The notes beneath the pieces are model-generated. The model searched no databases. It was not told the DNA's origin and saw only the letters and a program-made list of their open reading frames with translations. Below are positions 1 to 10,146 of a stretch of 39,031 nucleotides of DNA, one piece after another. Made by a program: the position numbers and the translations under genes. The first letter of the stretch is position 1; each line of letters opens with the position of its first letter. This DNA is from a virus: the UHGV virus genome UHGV-0112814. One strand, written 5' to 3'.

Positions 1-40
1 CATGGTTCGCGTCAGATCGTTGACAGCCGCACTCCATGAC

Positions 41-85
41 GGGTAAAAAGTGGATAAAATAATTTTACCCACCGGATTTTTACCC
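41..85 (+). repeat. Cluster of GGGTAAAA-type motifs (two direct at 41..49 and 52..60, two inverted ttttaccc at 63..70 and 78..85) directly upstream of the int start codon
   Basis: Same motif family as at the other window end; typical of integrase arm-type binding sites. Confidence 0.5.
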
Positions 86-1467
86 ATGCTCACCGTTAAG
101 CAGATTGAAGCAGCAAAGCCGAAAGAAAAACCATACCGCCTTCTCGATGGTAATGGCCTGTACCTTTATGTCCCTGTATCAGGGAAAAAGGTATGGCAGC
201 TTCGCTACAAGATTGACGGTAAGGAGAAAATCCTGACCGTAGGAAAATATCCGCTAATGACTTTGCAGGAAGCAAGAGATAAAGCATGGACCGCGAGGAA
301 AGACATCTCGGTTGGCATCGATCCGGTAAAAGCGAAAAAGGCTTCGTCTAACAACAATTCCTTTAGTGCCATTTACAAGGAATGGTACGAGCACAAGAAG
401 CAAGTCTGGTCAGTAGGCTATGCAACTGAACTTGCCAAAATGTTTGATGACGACATTTTACCCATCATCGGCGGTCTTGAGATTCAGGATATTGAGCCGA
501 TGCAACTGCTGGAAGTAATCCGCAGATTTGAAGATCGCGGTGCAATGGAGCGAGCAAATAAAGCCCGCAGAAGATGCGGCGAGGTTTTCCGTTACGCTAT
601 TGTCACCGGCAGGGCTAAATATAACCCGGCACCTGACCTTGCAGACGCCATGAAAGGATACCGCAAGAAGAACTTCCCGTTTCTTCCTGCAGACCAGATC
701 CCGGCATTCAACAAAGCACTGGCAACATTTTCAGGAAGTATCGTATCGCTCATTGCGACCAAAGTTTTACGCTACACAGCCCTAAGAACGAAAGAGCTTC
801 GCTCCATGCAATGGAAGAACGTCGATTTTGAAAACAGGATTATCACCATCGACGCCAGTGTGATGAAGGGACGCAAAATTCATGTGGTTCCTATGTCAGA
901 CCGTTTCTTCCTGCAGACCAGATCCCGGCATTCAACAAAGCACTGGCAACATTTTCAGGAAGTATCGTATCGCTCATTGCGACCAAAGTTTTACGCTACA
1001 CAGCCCTAAGAACGAAAGAGCTTCGCTCCATGCAATGGAAGAACGTCGATTTTGAAAACAGGATTATCACCATCGACGCCAGTGTGATGAAGGGACGCAA
1101 AATTCATGTGGTTCCTATGTCAGACCAGGTGGTTGAACTTCTCACTACGCTAAGCTCAATCACCAAACCAGTATCAGAGTTTGTTTTTGCCGGGCGCAAC
1201 GATAAGAAGAAGCCAATCTGCGAGAACGCGGTACTGCTTGTGATCAAACAAATCGGCTATGAGGGTCTGGAAAGCGGTCACGGATTCAGGCATGAATTCA
1301 GCACGATTATGAACGAGCACGAATGGCCTGCTGATGCTATTGAAGTGCAACTGGCACATGCCAACGGCGGATCTGTGCGCGGGATTTACAACCATGCTCA
1401 GTATCTCGATAAGCGCAGAGAAATGATGCAGTGGTGGGCGGACTGGCTTGATGGGAAGGCGGGCTAA
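86..1467 (+). pseudogene. int: P4/IntS-type tyrosine integrase, reading frame broken by an internal 224-bp tandem duplication (N-terminal fragment ends at stop 1007-1009; C-terminal fragment resumes as ORF 1030..1467)
   Basis: ORF 50..1009 and ORF 1030..1467 share the peptide MQWKNVDFENRIITIDASVMKGRKIHVVPMSD; the second ORF continues into a tyrosine-recombinase C-terminus (HGFRHEF ... GIYNHAQY). ATG at 86 (MLTVKQIEAAKP) preferred over the track start at 50. 224 is not a multiple of 3, so the frame shifts. Confidence 0.85.
677..1124 (+). repeat. Perfect direct tandem duplication, 2 x 224 bp (copy 1 677..900, copy 2 901..1124), with 2-bp CC microhomology at the junction
   Basis: The string ccgtttcttcctgcagaccagatcccggc ... 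gttcctatgtcaga occurs twice back to back, identical by eye. Confidence 0.9.
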
Positions 1468-1754
1468 CCAACTTTGCTATATCGCGGACAGCACAACGCC
1501 TGGCAATCCAGTGTAAAGCTTTGTGCGTATGAGTTTTGTATCGTTACGATCCACACTCCCAGAGAACTATACCATATAGCCCACCTACATCGTATAGTTG
1601 CGTTTTAATGTTGCCAATACCTAACGTATTGTGAGATCTTAGTATTCTCTATAGATAAACAAGGTTTAATGATATCATAATTTCAAATTATTATAGTTGT
1701 TTAATTGTTTGATTTTTAAACTCATTATTAAAATACACTATCAAGGTGATTTAA

Positions 1755-2804
1755 TTGAAACTTAATGATATTTTAAAGAAAGAAAATAACAATATAGATA
1801 TATTCAGAGTCATAGCTGCATGTCTGGTTATATGGGGACACGCTTATGTAATATCACCTGAAGTTGGGAAAAGTGATTTTATCACTTACCTTTTACCTCA
1901 CGACACTAGCGGTTCTATTGCAGTTAAAATATTCTTTTTCTTAAGTGGCTTAGTTGTTACTAACTCGATATTAACAACAAATAGTCCAATAAAATTTATT
2001 GCATCGAGATTTTTCAGGATATGGCCTGCTTTATTTTTCACATGTATTATTTGTGCATATATCATAGGGCCAATCGTTTCGACTCTTCCTTTGAAAGAGT
2101 ATTTCAATCCTGAAAACAGGATTTACCTTTATGTGTTTAACAATATATCGATGATAACGCAATACAATCTCCCCGGAGTTTTCTTGGATAATCCACACCC
2201 CATAAGTGTAAACGGTTCTTTATGGACAATTCCTTACGAGGTATATGCATATATAATTCTTTTATGTCTGTTTTGTATTGGGATTTACAAAAAACCGCTG
2301 CTAGTAGCATTTTTGGCTGTGGCAATAACATTTGAGTCTGTTTCTAAAATAAAAATTGTTTTTTTTAGCACACCATCTAACCCAGAAGTGCCAATGCTTG
2401 CGGCATGTTTTGCGTTCGGCTCAGTATTGGCCGCATATAAAAATGTAATTTCAATAACGTTAAAAACCTTTATCTCCCTATGGATATTGTATATTCTCCT
2501 TATTGATAACCCATATTCAATGTATCTATCCTATGCGGCAATCTTTATTGCCATACTATACTTATCAAAAACAAACACACTATTAAAGATTAAGCCAAAA
2601 GCTGACATATCCTATGGTGTGTATCTTTGGGGCTTTCCTGTTCAGCAAATCATAGCAATGTATTTTCTTAATAAAGGGGTGCTTTTTAACCAAATCTTAT
2701 CGATTTTTATATGCATAGTTCTTGGTTGGGCGTCATGGCACTTGGTAGAGAAAAGATTTATAAATCTCGGAAAGTTGGTGGGGAACCGCTTATCAGGTAA
2801 ATAA
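1755..2804 (+). CDS. oac: Integral membrane acyltransferase (acyltransferase-3 family), O-antigen acetylase-like serotype-conversion moron; TTG start
   Basis: 349 aa, highly hydrophobic multi-pass protein with an N-terminal IDIFRVIAACLVIWGHAY-type motif typical of acyltransferase-3 enzymes; very AT-rich by eye; sits between int and tailspike as oac does in Sf6-type phages. RBS aggtga upstream of TTG. Confidence 0.7.
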   Translation: MKLNDILKKENNNIDIFRVIAACLVIWGHAYVISPEVGKSDFITYLLPHDTSGSIAVKIFFFLSGLVVTNSILTTNSPIKFIASRFFRIWPALFFTCIICAYIIGPIVSTLPLKEYFNPENRIYLYVFNNISMITQYNLPGVFLDNPHPISVNGSLWTIPYEVYAYIILLCLFCIGIYKKPLLVAFLAVAITFESVSKIKIVFFSTPSNPEVPMLAACFAFGSVLAAYKNVISITLKTFISLWILYILLIDNPYSMYLSYAAIFIAILYLSKTNTLLKIKPKADISYGVYLWGFPVQQIIAMYFLNKGVLFNQILSIFICIVLGWASWHLVEKRFINLGKLVGNRLSGK

Positions 2805-2855
2805 ATCTACCCCCCCCACACAATTCCTGTGAGAACGTGGTGGTGGGGGTAGGTA

Positions 2856-5126
2856 TTACAAGCAAGCAGTTAACGGGAATGCAGTGTCTCCAATGTTAAG
2901 GACGACAGCAGCGATATCAATAGCAAAAACAGTACCGACAGGAAGGTTAATATTGACAATAACCTTTTCTTGTGTATCTAGAGAAGCACCTGGCGACATT
3001 TGGGCCACCCTGAAGTGAATAAACCTTCTGTAAAAATTCCCATCGTTTGGTATTGATACTACATTGTCACCCGAGCTTGCAAACCCTCCATTAACAGAAA
3101 CTACTGTTCCAGTGATGCCGCCAACTCCGCCAGCAGTAAACGTTTTAGCATAAAAAGAAAGGCACACATTACACCCCTGAATTTTGGCAGGAGAGATATC
3201 TAATTCAAATTGTAGCTGAAGATATGTTTGATCTGTAGCAGGTGATGTGCATAGTAACTGGAATGCATTTCTTTGCATATCTAATCGGTTTCGCTCATAT
3301 CCTCCTGCTGCAGTATTATTAGTAGTCCTTTTAGTTAGAGTAAAGCTACCTCCGGTTCCATCTGAAACGGCAGTCAACCCGCTTATTCCGAAATTACTAT
3401 TTATAGGAGCAGCGCCAACATATCCATTAATAATATCTGATGCATCCGAAATCTTCACTAGATTTTTTACTCTGCTTTTATATGAAGGCTTGTAAACAGA
3501 TGCGTACTCAGGCTCAATAAGATATCCAATATTATTTAAATTACCATCGTATCTAATAGTGCCAATATCCCAGTTTTTGTGACCAATAATTTCAGGAGAT
3601 TCAATTAACGGGTAGTGATAATGCACAAATGTTGCTTTATCAATAGACAAATCCTCTAATGCTAAATTATTTCCAAATATGAAATATCTACTTACGTGTT
3701 CAGTATTACCCATATTTGCATAACTACCATTTACTGTTAATCTTTTTACAAATGTAGATGCACCATTATCAACCATTCCGGCACCGCCATCGGCCTTACT
3801 GCCTGTAAAATATGGGTCATCATCATATGATAGCTGGATGCATTTAATTACCTCCCCTTCCTCTGGGCCAAATGGTTTCTCTGAGTAGAAATTTAGAAGT
3901 GTTACATCTGCACAACCAGCTGAAATGATAACATCAGTAAGCATGCCATTGTTTGCTCCTCCTTCAATAACCGTGCGCCAACCGCTAATCCAGTAAGCTA
4001 TCCCGCCACGCGACCAGCCAACACCTTCCACCTTATTGTTTGTTGCCGTCAACAATGTACTCCAAAGATCAACAACTTTACCAAGAACATGATCTTCGTA
4101 GTAACCAGGGCAGCGCACAAAGTTTCGTGTATTCACCCTATCAGCTATGAAATCGGTATGGGCCTCGAACAAGCAATCCCTTACCGATACCCTCCAGTTG
4201 TTAAATTCGGCATTAACAGCCCAGGAGCCATCTCCGCCAAACGCACGGAATTCGCAATTAGATACATCGCAATAAGTTACCCAATGAGCAAAATTTATTG
4301 CATATCCTGATGTTGCCCCCCCCTTAAAAACAGCACCTTCAATACTGTAGTGCTTATTAAACGGGGTCTTACCAGTAGCTCCGTTGTAGTCTCCGCTTAG
4401 ATCATATGGGCCCATGTTAAAGGCGTTTCCTGAGCCTAAGTAATGGAATACAGTTCCTTCGCAGATAATTCTTACCGGTCTGGTGAAATGCATGTCTTTA
4501 GAATATGAGATTGTACCTGGTGGGAATAGCACTCCAACAGGAATTCCATCAGTATTAGGTATCGCGTTCACATACTCCACGAAAGCGTTGATCGCATCAG
4601 TAGAGTCAGTACCATCCATCTTTACACCAAAGTCCTGTGGTGTGATGAAATCCTGATTTTTATCGTGTTGCGTCCTGTGTATTGCACCAATCGCAGGGAG
4701 GTGAACACCAATCAGCGCATCACCCTTTGTATCGTCATCGATATAACTGCCATCTTGAGCAAGCTGGTCTTTGAAGTCAGGACCAAACTGATCAGGGTCA
4801 TACTTCAGCACGTTAGGGAAATAGAACTGCTGAGCACCGTACGCATCATAAACAGCCATAGAATGGCCTTGCACAGTTACGAACTTGGCAATCTGTCCGT
4901 TATATACGGGGTAACCAGCAGCGTTAATGATGATTGGTTGCGATACAGGAACGTGAGAGCCGTCTTCGTTCTCTACATAAACCTGAATCTGGTTTTCAGG
5001 ATTTACCGGGTCAGTGTCAATTTTACCGATATAAATTTTGCCATTGGCTACGGCTTTAAAAGAACGAGCCATAGTGAAGAGTTGCGAAGGCATGCTGACC
5101 ACAACATTTGCGGTGATATCTGACAT
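2856..5126 (-). CDS. Tailspike protein with P22-type N-terminal head-binding domain and a divergent receptor-binding body
   Basis: N-terminus [59 protein letters not shown] closely matches the P22 gp9 N-terminus. Start moved to ATG at 5126 (the track start at 5174 adds 16 aa). Confidence 0.9.
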   Translation of the reverse strand: MSDITANVVVSMPSQLFTMARSFKAVANGKIYIGKIDTDPVNPENQIQVYVENEDGSHVPVSQPIIINAAGYPVYNGQIAKFVTVQGHSMAVYDAYGAQQFYFPNVLKYDPDQFGPDFKDQLAQDGSYIDDDTKGDALIGVHLPAIGAIHRTQHDKNQDFITPQDFGVKMDGTDSTDAINAFVEYVNAIPNTDGIPVGVLFPPGTISYSKDMHFTRPVRIICEGTVFHYLGSGNAFNMGPYDLSGDYNGATGKTPFNKHYSIEGAVFKGGATSGYAINFAHWVTYCDVSNCEFRAFGGDGSWAVNAEFNNWRVSVRDCLFEAHTDFIADRVNTRNFVRCPGYYEDHVLGKVVDLWSTLLTATNNKVEGVGWSRGGIAYWISGWRTVIEGGANNGMLTDVIISAGCADVTLLNFYSEKPFGPEEGEVIKCIQLSYDDDPYFTGSKADGGAGMVDNGASTFVKRLTVNGSYANMGNTEHVSRYFIFGNNLALEDLSIDKATFVHYHYPLIESPEIIGHKNWDIGTIRYDGNLNNIGYLIEPEYASVYKPSYKSRVKNLVKISDASDIINGYVGAAPINSNFGISGLTAVSDGTGGSFTLTKRTTNNTAAGGYERNRLDMQRNAFQLLCTSPATDQTYLQLQFELDISPAKIQGCNVCLSFYAKTFTAGGVGGITGTVVSVNGGFASSGDNVVSIPNDGNFYRRFIHFRVAQMSPGASLDTQEKVIVNINLPVGTVFAIDIAAVVLNIGDTAFPLTACL

Positions 5127-5151
5127 TTCATTGCTCCAGACGAATGATATG

Positions 5152-5174
5152 ATGCAATCATGATGTGATTGCAT
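5152..5174. promoter_or_regulatory. Candidate operator: inverted repeat atgcaatca-tgatg-tgattgcat between the tailspike start and mnt
   Basis: Perfect 9-bp half-sites with a 5-bp spacer in the 120-bp divergent intergenic region. Confidence 0.4.
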
Positions 5175-5247
5175 ACCGAAATGGTACTATTGAGTATTTA
5201 TCCAGTAGGTTACGATGCCATTCCACCCAACTGGTGAGACATCAAGG

Positions 5248-5508
5248 ATGTACAGCAAATACGACGAGGCGCAGTTTCACTTGAGACTTCCGCATGAACT
5301 CCACGCGAAAATTAAGCAGCGTGCGAAGATGAATAACAGGTCGCTGAACTCAGAGATAATTGCAGCGATTGAAGAATCATTGGCTAAACAAAGCTCTGCA
5401 TCAGTTTACATTGACGATGCAGAGCGTATGGCAGAACAACAATCTGATATGGTTAAGAAAATTGTCTTTGATACGCTCAAGGAGCTATATAAAAAAGACA
5501 GCAACTAA
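5248..5508 (+). CDS. mnt: Mnt-like ribbon-helix-helix repressor
   Basis: FHLRLPHELHAKIKQRAKMNNRSLNSEII ... DDAERMAEQQSDMVKKIVFDTLKELYKK aligns with P22 Mnt; transcribed opposite to the late genes as in P22. Start ambiguous between 5215 and 5248. Confidence 0.8.
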   Translation: MYSKYDEAQFHLRLPHELHAKIKQRAKMNNRSLNSEIIAAIEESLAKQSSASVYIDDAERMAEQQSDMVKKIVFDTLKELYKKDSN

Positions 5509-5597
5509 CCATCCATTACGGAGGATTTATGCAAAGAGATATGATGAATATTGCATTCTACATATTTGGTTTTTGCACTTTCCTGGTGTTTGCAAAG

Positions 5598-7595
5598 CTA
5601 TTCTGACAACGCATCAGACTTAGCCCCCTGAGTCAGAGCGTTAATGGCCTTTTGTGCCTGCTGCATGGCTTTCTCGAACACTGTTGATCCGCGTGGGGTG
5701 TTTGCCATTCGGAGCATTGCATTTCTGAATGGCTCGCTCTCATAGGCGCGAGTAAGAAGTCCGTAGCTTACTGCTGCGCCAGTTGTTGCAGGGTTCATTG
5801 CCGTCCCATACCCAATAATGAACGGGATGGTTTGCTGCCCTGTTGGTGTTGTTACTGCCGCTTTTGCAGCCTGCTGCGTGGATTGAAGGTAGTTTTTCAA
5901 TCCTTTCAGATAAGCGGCTTCCTGACCTTTAAATGTGATGCCAGTCTGGTTTTGCAGGATGTTAAGCTGTCGAAGGAACTGGTCAGGGGAACCACCTGAT
6001 TTCTCCATCGCCTTTCCAATGATGCCATTGCGCATTTGCGCCCTGCCAACACGACCAACTGAGTTATACAGCGTCTTAATTTCCGATTTGTTCTTGCTGA
6101 ATAGCATGTTGTTGACAACTTCCGGCGTCAGGTCGCCTTTCATGAGAACATTCTTCAGCCTTGTATTCTTTAATTTCGCCGCTTCGTCAGCGTAGACGGC
6201 ATTGGCCTGCTGATATTTACGGAGAGTATCGTTGCCAAGATTCTGACCAATGGCACCATTGATATCGTCTGTCATCGCCTTGTAAACGCGCTGAATGGCA
6301 GCATCGGAACGGTTTGGTAACACTGGTCGTTCCCCCTTCACGTCCATTCTGAACTGGCTGCGCAGATCGCTTAATTGCTTCAAGTCCAGATTTACCGGAC
6401 CATCAGGACCAGCATTGCGAATAAGCTCATCACGATAGGATTGAAGTTTTGAAATCGTCTCGTTATCAGCGACCTTACCAAGCTTCTGCAGGTTAGATAT
6501 TTCTGTATCAATCTGCTGAATTGCTCGAGCAGGCTGGATATTGACTCCCGCCATTGCATTCTGAACCTGCTCAAGACGGTTCCCTGCAGCACGACGAATT
6601 CCTGATGTTTTCGCTTTAAGGCTGTCAATAACAACAGCTGGATCATACTCACAGAATTTATCAGCAAATCTCTGCACCAACTGGCTTCTCGCTTCCTGTT
6701 GCGTTGCTCTCATTCCGCTTGTGCCAGCCAGGGGGATATTTTCCGCTGTCGTCTGCGCCATTTTCCCGACGCGGGAAGTTGGTTGTAACAGGTCTGTGGT
6801 GTGCAGAGGGACTCCTTCACGCTCTGCAAATCTGATAGCCTGCTGCGCTTCTGGCGCAATAGCACCGCGAACGCCACGATAAGCAGCACCTAATCCACGT
6901 CCAGCAGCGTTAATAGCGCCGCCTGCCAGAACTCCAACACCTAAATCGGTAGCGAGTGCTTCCGCATCATCTTTCGCACTATTTACAGCAAGTGATCCAA
7001 CTGCGTTTTCTGCTAGAAGGCGAGTTGCCCCATGAGCAATTCGACCAGCAAGTGTTGGTGCCTGTACCGACGCTCTCTCAACGCCAGCAGGAGTGAGGTA
7101 AGGCAATGCTTCAGCAAATACCCTTCCCTCTGTCGTTTGTGGAGTCAGCGCACCTTGCTGAAGGCCAAAGTCCTGCTCTAATCCCTGCGTTGTTACTCGT
7201 GGTGCTGGTTGATATGTACCATCGCCAATGCCGAGTTTACCGCCAGCCCAAGCCGCCGCGCTTGTTACAGCATCGGCAACTGATGCAGGTATGTTTGCCA
7301 CGTTCACGCCAGCCTGCACCAGTCCACGACCAGTCTCTTTTACTGCTTCACCAAGATCAGGCATAAATCCATTTTGCTGTGGTTGTTGCTGTGCTACTGG
7401 TTGTTGTGTCTCCACTGGCTGCACAGATGGCAATGGATAGGCAGCATAGAAAGCTTGCTTAGCCTGCTCTGCATTTTCTCCGGCTTGCGGGGCCACGACT
7501 TCATTGAAGTATTGCTCCTGAGCCTGCGCTTTTTGTTCTGGTGCTAACGCCTGATACTGTGGAGAGGCGATAACATCTTTCCATGCTTTAGCCAT
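5598..7595 (-). CDS. DNA ejection/internal virion protein (P22 gp16-like)
   Basis: 665 aa; position and order (gp7-gp20-gp16 upstream of the tailspike) as in P22; Ala/Gln-rich. Confidence 0.7.
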   Translation of the reverse strand: MAKAWKDVIASPQYQALAPEQKAQAQEQYFNEVVAPQAGENAEQAKQAFYAAYPLPSVQPVETQQPVAQQQPQQNGFMPDLGEAVKETGRGLVQAGVNVANIPASVADAVTSAAAWAGGKLGIGDGTYQPAPRVTTQGLEQDFGLQQGALTPQTTEGRVFAEALPYLTPAGVERASVQAPTLAGRIAHGATRLLAENAVGSLAVNSAKDDAEALATDLGVGVLAGGAINAAGRGLGAAYRGVRGAIAPEAQQAIRFAEREGVPLHTTDLLQPTSRVGKMAQTTAENIPLAGTSGMRATQQEARSQLVQRFADKFCEYDPAVVIDSLKAKTSGIRRAAGNRLEQVQNAMAGVNIQPARAIQQIDTEISNLQKLGKVADNETISKLQSYRDELIRNAGPDGPVNLDLKQLSDLRSQFRMDVKGERPVLPNRSDAAIQRVYKAMTDDINGAIGQNLGNDTLRKYQQANAVYADEAAKLKNTRLKNVLMKGDLTPEVVNNMLFSKNKSEIKTLYNSVGRVGRAQMRNGIIGKAMEKSGGSPDQFLRQLNILQNQTGITFKGQEAAYLKGLKNYLQSTQQAAKAAVTTPTGQQTIPFIIGYGTAMNPATTGAAVSYGLLTRAYESEPFRNAMLRMANTPRGSTVFEKAMQQAQKAINALTQGAKSDALSE

Positions 7596-8983
7596 TAATC
7601 ACCCCATAGTGAAGAAAAGTTACTGCTGGCTGCTGGCTGTGATACCTGTGCAGGTTGAGATTGCTTCCGCTGAGATTTACCAACATTAACGTTATATTGT
7701 TGGTTGTAATTGTTGGTGTATTCCTGAATTTCACGAATCGACTGCTGCATAGCCTCCGGGCTTGAATAGTCAACCTGCGGCATCCCCTGAAAATACATCT
7801 TCGCTTCTGCAACGGTGTTAATACCACTGGCACCCATGTCCCTTGCTGCCGCCACACCCTGATTCTGCATTCTGCCCTGAATACGTTGTGCTGAGTTATA
7901 TAACTGGCGCTGCTCTTTTCCCGTTAATCGGCTGCGAACATCAGCACCAATTGCTGGATTACCTGCACCGCCTGTCATTCCTGTCATGAAATCGAGAGCA
8001 GAAGCGTCTGCATTTGCGATCGCGTCGATATCCTTCTTCATGGCATAGTTTTGTGCTGATGCAGACGATGTTGCAGGCGCAGCGATTGAACTGGCAGGGA
8101 CGCGAACCATATTCCCCTCGTTGTCGATGCCTTCGTAGAACGCATTAGCCCCAGCGCCATGAAGCTTCCCGCCTACCGTTACAGTTCTGCCATCTGATAA
8201 CTGAACTGTACGCTCATCATTCCCAGCGATTCCTCTTGTTGACGCTCGCTGCATTGCCAAATCCTGACCTCGTCGCGCAGTAGAAGCAGATAAGTCCTGA
8301 CCGCGCATCGTGATGTTCTGGCCTCGTGCTGTTAGCGCCTCGCCAGCCTGATTTCTGCGGATTGTCTCTGCAAGTTTCCCGCGATCAATCTCACGACCAG
8401 CCATCTTGTCCTGAACATTGAAGTAATCAATTGGACCAAGAGCAGCCATTCCAAGGTGATCAACAAACTCACCAAATCCTGAAGGGTTCTGCTGATACAT
8501 CTGAGCAACGCTGTTAGGGTCAACACCTACGCGAGTCAGTTCCTTGGCGTTGTTTTGCAGCCATGATTGCATCGCTTCTGGAGACGATGCCGCAAGGCGA
8601 GCGCCAGCCGCTAAGGTACCGATGGAATTGCGCTGGTCTTCATCAATGAATCCCATGCCTTTACGAACGGATTCAATCTGGTCTGGATATTCAGTAGCTA
8701 ACTGACGCAAAGCACCGCGATCACCAGACGCATAAGCATTAGCGTATGCCTGCTGAAATTCTTTCTGCCGATGAGCCTGCTTTTCCTGCTGAAACACCCC
8801 CGCAATACCTGAAAGGCCTTGCAAAGCAGTCAGCCCAACATTGTTAGCGCCTGAACGCTCAATATCATTGTTCTGCCTGATAAGCTGAAGCGTATTGCCG
8901 ATGTCATTTACGTTCGGAGCGTTTGAGTTGACACCACCGATACCAGCCAACAATCCGCCATTTGTTCCTTGCCAAGTAGCCAT
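7595..8983 (-). CDS. DNA ejection protein (P22 gp20-like)
   Basis: 462 aa, Gly/Ala/Gln-rich, synteny with P22 gene 20 (471 aa). Confidence 0.7.
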   Translation of the reverse strand: MATWQGTNGGLLAGIGGVNSNAPNVNDIGNTLQLIRQNNDIERSGANNVGLTALQGLSGIAGVFQQEKQAHRQKEFQQAYANAYASGDRGALRQLATEYPDQIESVRKGMGFIDEDQRNSIGTLAAGARLAASSPEAMQSWLQNNAKELTRVGVDPNSVAQMYQQNPSGFGEFVDHLGMAALGPIDYFNVQDKMAGREIDRGKLAETIRRNQAGEALTARGQNITMRGQDLSASTARRGQDLAMQRASTRGIAGNDERTVQLSDGRTVTVGGKLHGAGANAFYEGIDNEGNMVRVPASSIAAPATSSASAQNYAMKKDIDAIANADASALDFMTGMTGGAGNPAIGADVRSRLTGKEQRQLYNSAQRIQGRMQNQGVAAARDMGASGINTVAEAKMYFQGMPQVDYSSPEAMQQSIREIQEYTNNYNQQYNVNVGKSQRKQSQPAQVSQPAASSNFSSLWGD

Positions 8984-8992
8984 GATTACCCC

Positions 8993-9688
8993 TTAAAACA
9001 ACGATCCAAGCAGGCCAAGTCCGCCGCCAATTGCCGCACCTAATCCAGTGCCAAGTCCTGGAACAATAGAGCCAAGAGCAGCGCCAGTCATAGCCCCTGA
9101 AGCTCCGCCGCTAATTGCTGTCTGAAGACCTGATGGTTTATTGGCATTAGCAGCGGCAAGAGCCGCACTTTGCTGCAAAATCTGACTCATGTTGTTGGCG
9201 TATGTCTGCCCGGCGTTTGCCTGACCTTGCAGAGCACCAAGACCAACGTTTGCCAGATTGTTGTAATTGCTCATCTGGTTTGATAACCAAGACTGACCGA
9301 GTGTCGGCGCGATCGTAGCCAGTTGATTGCTTGTGGCTGTCGAACCAAGTCCGCCAGTCGCTTCAGCAGCAGCAAGACTCTGGTAACGAGCCTGACCTGC
9401 AAGGTCTTTATACTGCTGAGAGTTGTAATACTGATTAAGTGCCTGCCCCTGACCTTCTAAACTGGAAAGGTTCTGAAGCTGGTTAACATACTGCTCCGCA
9501 AGAGGCGTGAACGGAGCAAGGTTTTTCATGATCGTCTGCCACTGCTGATTTTGCAGGTCTGCGTCATACTTCTGGGCTTCTGCTGCATACTTTGCGCTTT
9601 TATCAGAGCTACCACCTTTCCCGCCTTTTTCATGGCACCAAGGTTCCTCGCCGCGCAGTTTTCTGCCCAGCTTAAATGCATATAACAT
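8993..9688 (-). CDS. DNA ejection protein (P22 gp7-like)
   Basis: N-terminus MLYAFKLGRKLRGEEP...EKGGKGGS resembles P22 gp7; 231 aa versus 229 aa. Confidence 0.8.
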   Translation of the reverse strand: MLYAFKLGRKLRGEEPWCHEKGGKGGSSDKSAKYAAEAQKYDADLQNQQWQTIMKNLAPFTPLAEQYVNQLQNLSSLEGQGQALNQYYNSQQYKDLAGQARYQSLAAAEATGGLGSTATSNQLATIAPTLGQSWLSNQMSNYNNLANVGLGALQGQANAGQTYANNMSQILQQSAALAAANANKPSGLQTAISGGASGAMTGAALGSIVPGLGTGLGAAIGGGLGLLGSLF

Positions 9689-9690
9689 GG

Positions 9691-10146
9691 CTATCTCCCG
9701 TGATTCAGGAAGTCGATTAGTTCTTCGCGTGTGGCGCTGTAAAAAGTCACGTCATCCACACCTTTAAAGTATTTCTTGATGGTCCCGACACGCTTAAGGC
9801 CAATCATTGCGCAGTAAATCTGCCCGTGGCGGAATTTGCGTGCGGCGAACGATGTGACGCACTGAACGGTGGTGTTAGTCAGAATGTATCGCCAGAACGC
9901 CAGCCCGATTTCCTTGCTGAAGCCGCGAATCTCTGGCAGGTACATGGCGTGGCAATCGAATGTCAGCGGCTGAATCTCCTGATAGTAAACAATGCCGCCA
10001 AACTGACCGTGCACGTTAACCTCAAAGTAACGGCATTCAGGCTTGTAGTCGTATCCATCACCGTTGTTGCTCCCGGCGATAATGTCAGGGTGATTTCCGA
10101 CTGCTTCTATCAGGTCGATGTTTCGCGTTGGTTTGAATGTAATCAT
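9691..10146 (-). CDS. Virion-associated protein in the P22 gp14 position (assignment by synteny only)
   Basis: 151-aa ORF between tail needle and gp7, translationally coupled to both. Confidence 0.45.
   Translation of the reverse strand: MITFKPTRNIDLIEAVGNHPDIIAGSNNGDGYDYKPECRYFEVNVHGQFGGIVYYQEIQPLTFDCHAMYLPEIRGFSKEIGLAFWRYILTNTTVQCVTSFAARKFRHGQIYCAMIGLKRVGTIKKYFKGVDDVTFYSATREELIDFLNHGR

Noticed and set aside
50-85. Integrase start at the ATG at position 50 as given by the ORF track
   Set aside because: The extra 12 residues overlap the GGGTAAAA repeat cluster; the ATG at 86 (MLTVKQIEAAKP) is a more typical integrase N-terminus for this family.
2805-2855. Bidirectional terminator between oac and tailspike (ccccccccacac ... 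gtggtggtggggg)
   Set aside because: The stem is imperfect with a large loop and no clear T-run on either strand; not confident enough to annotate as a feature, though some hairpin is likely.
5360-5623. 87-aa plus-strand ORF overlapping the 3' half of mnt
   Set aside because: Overlaps the recognised Mnt homolog in another frame; no RBS.
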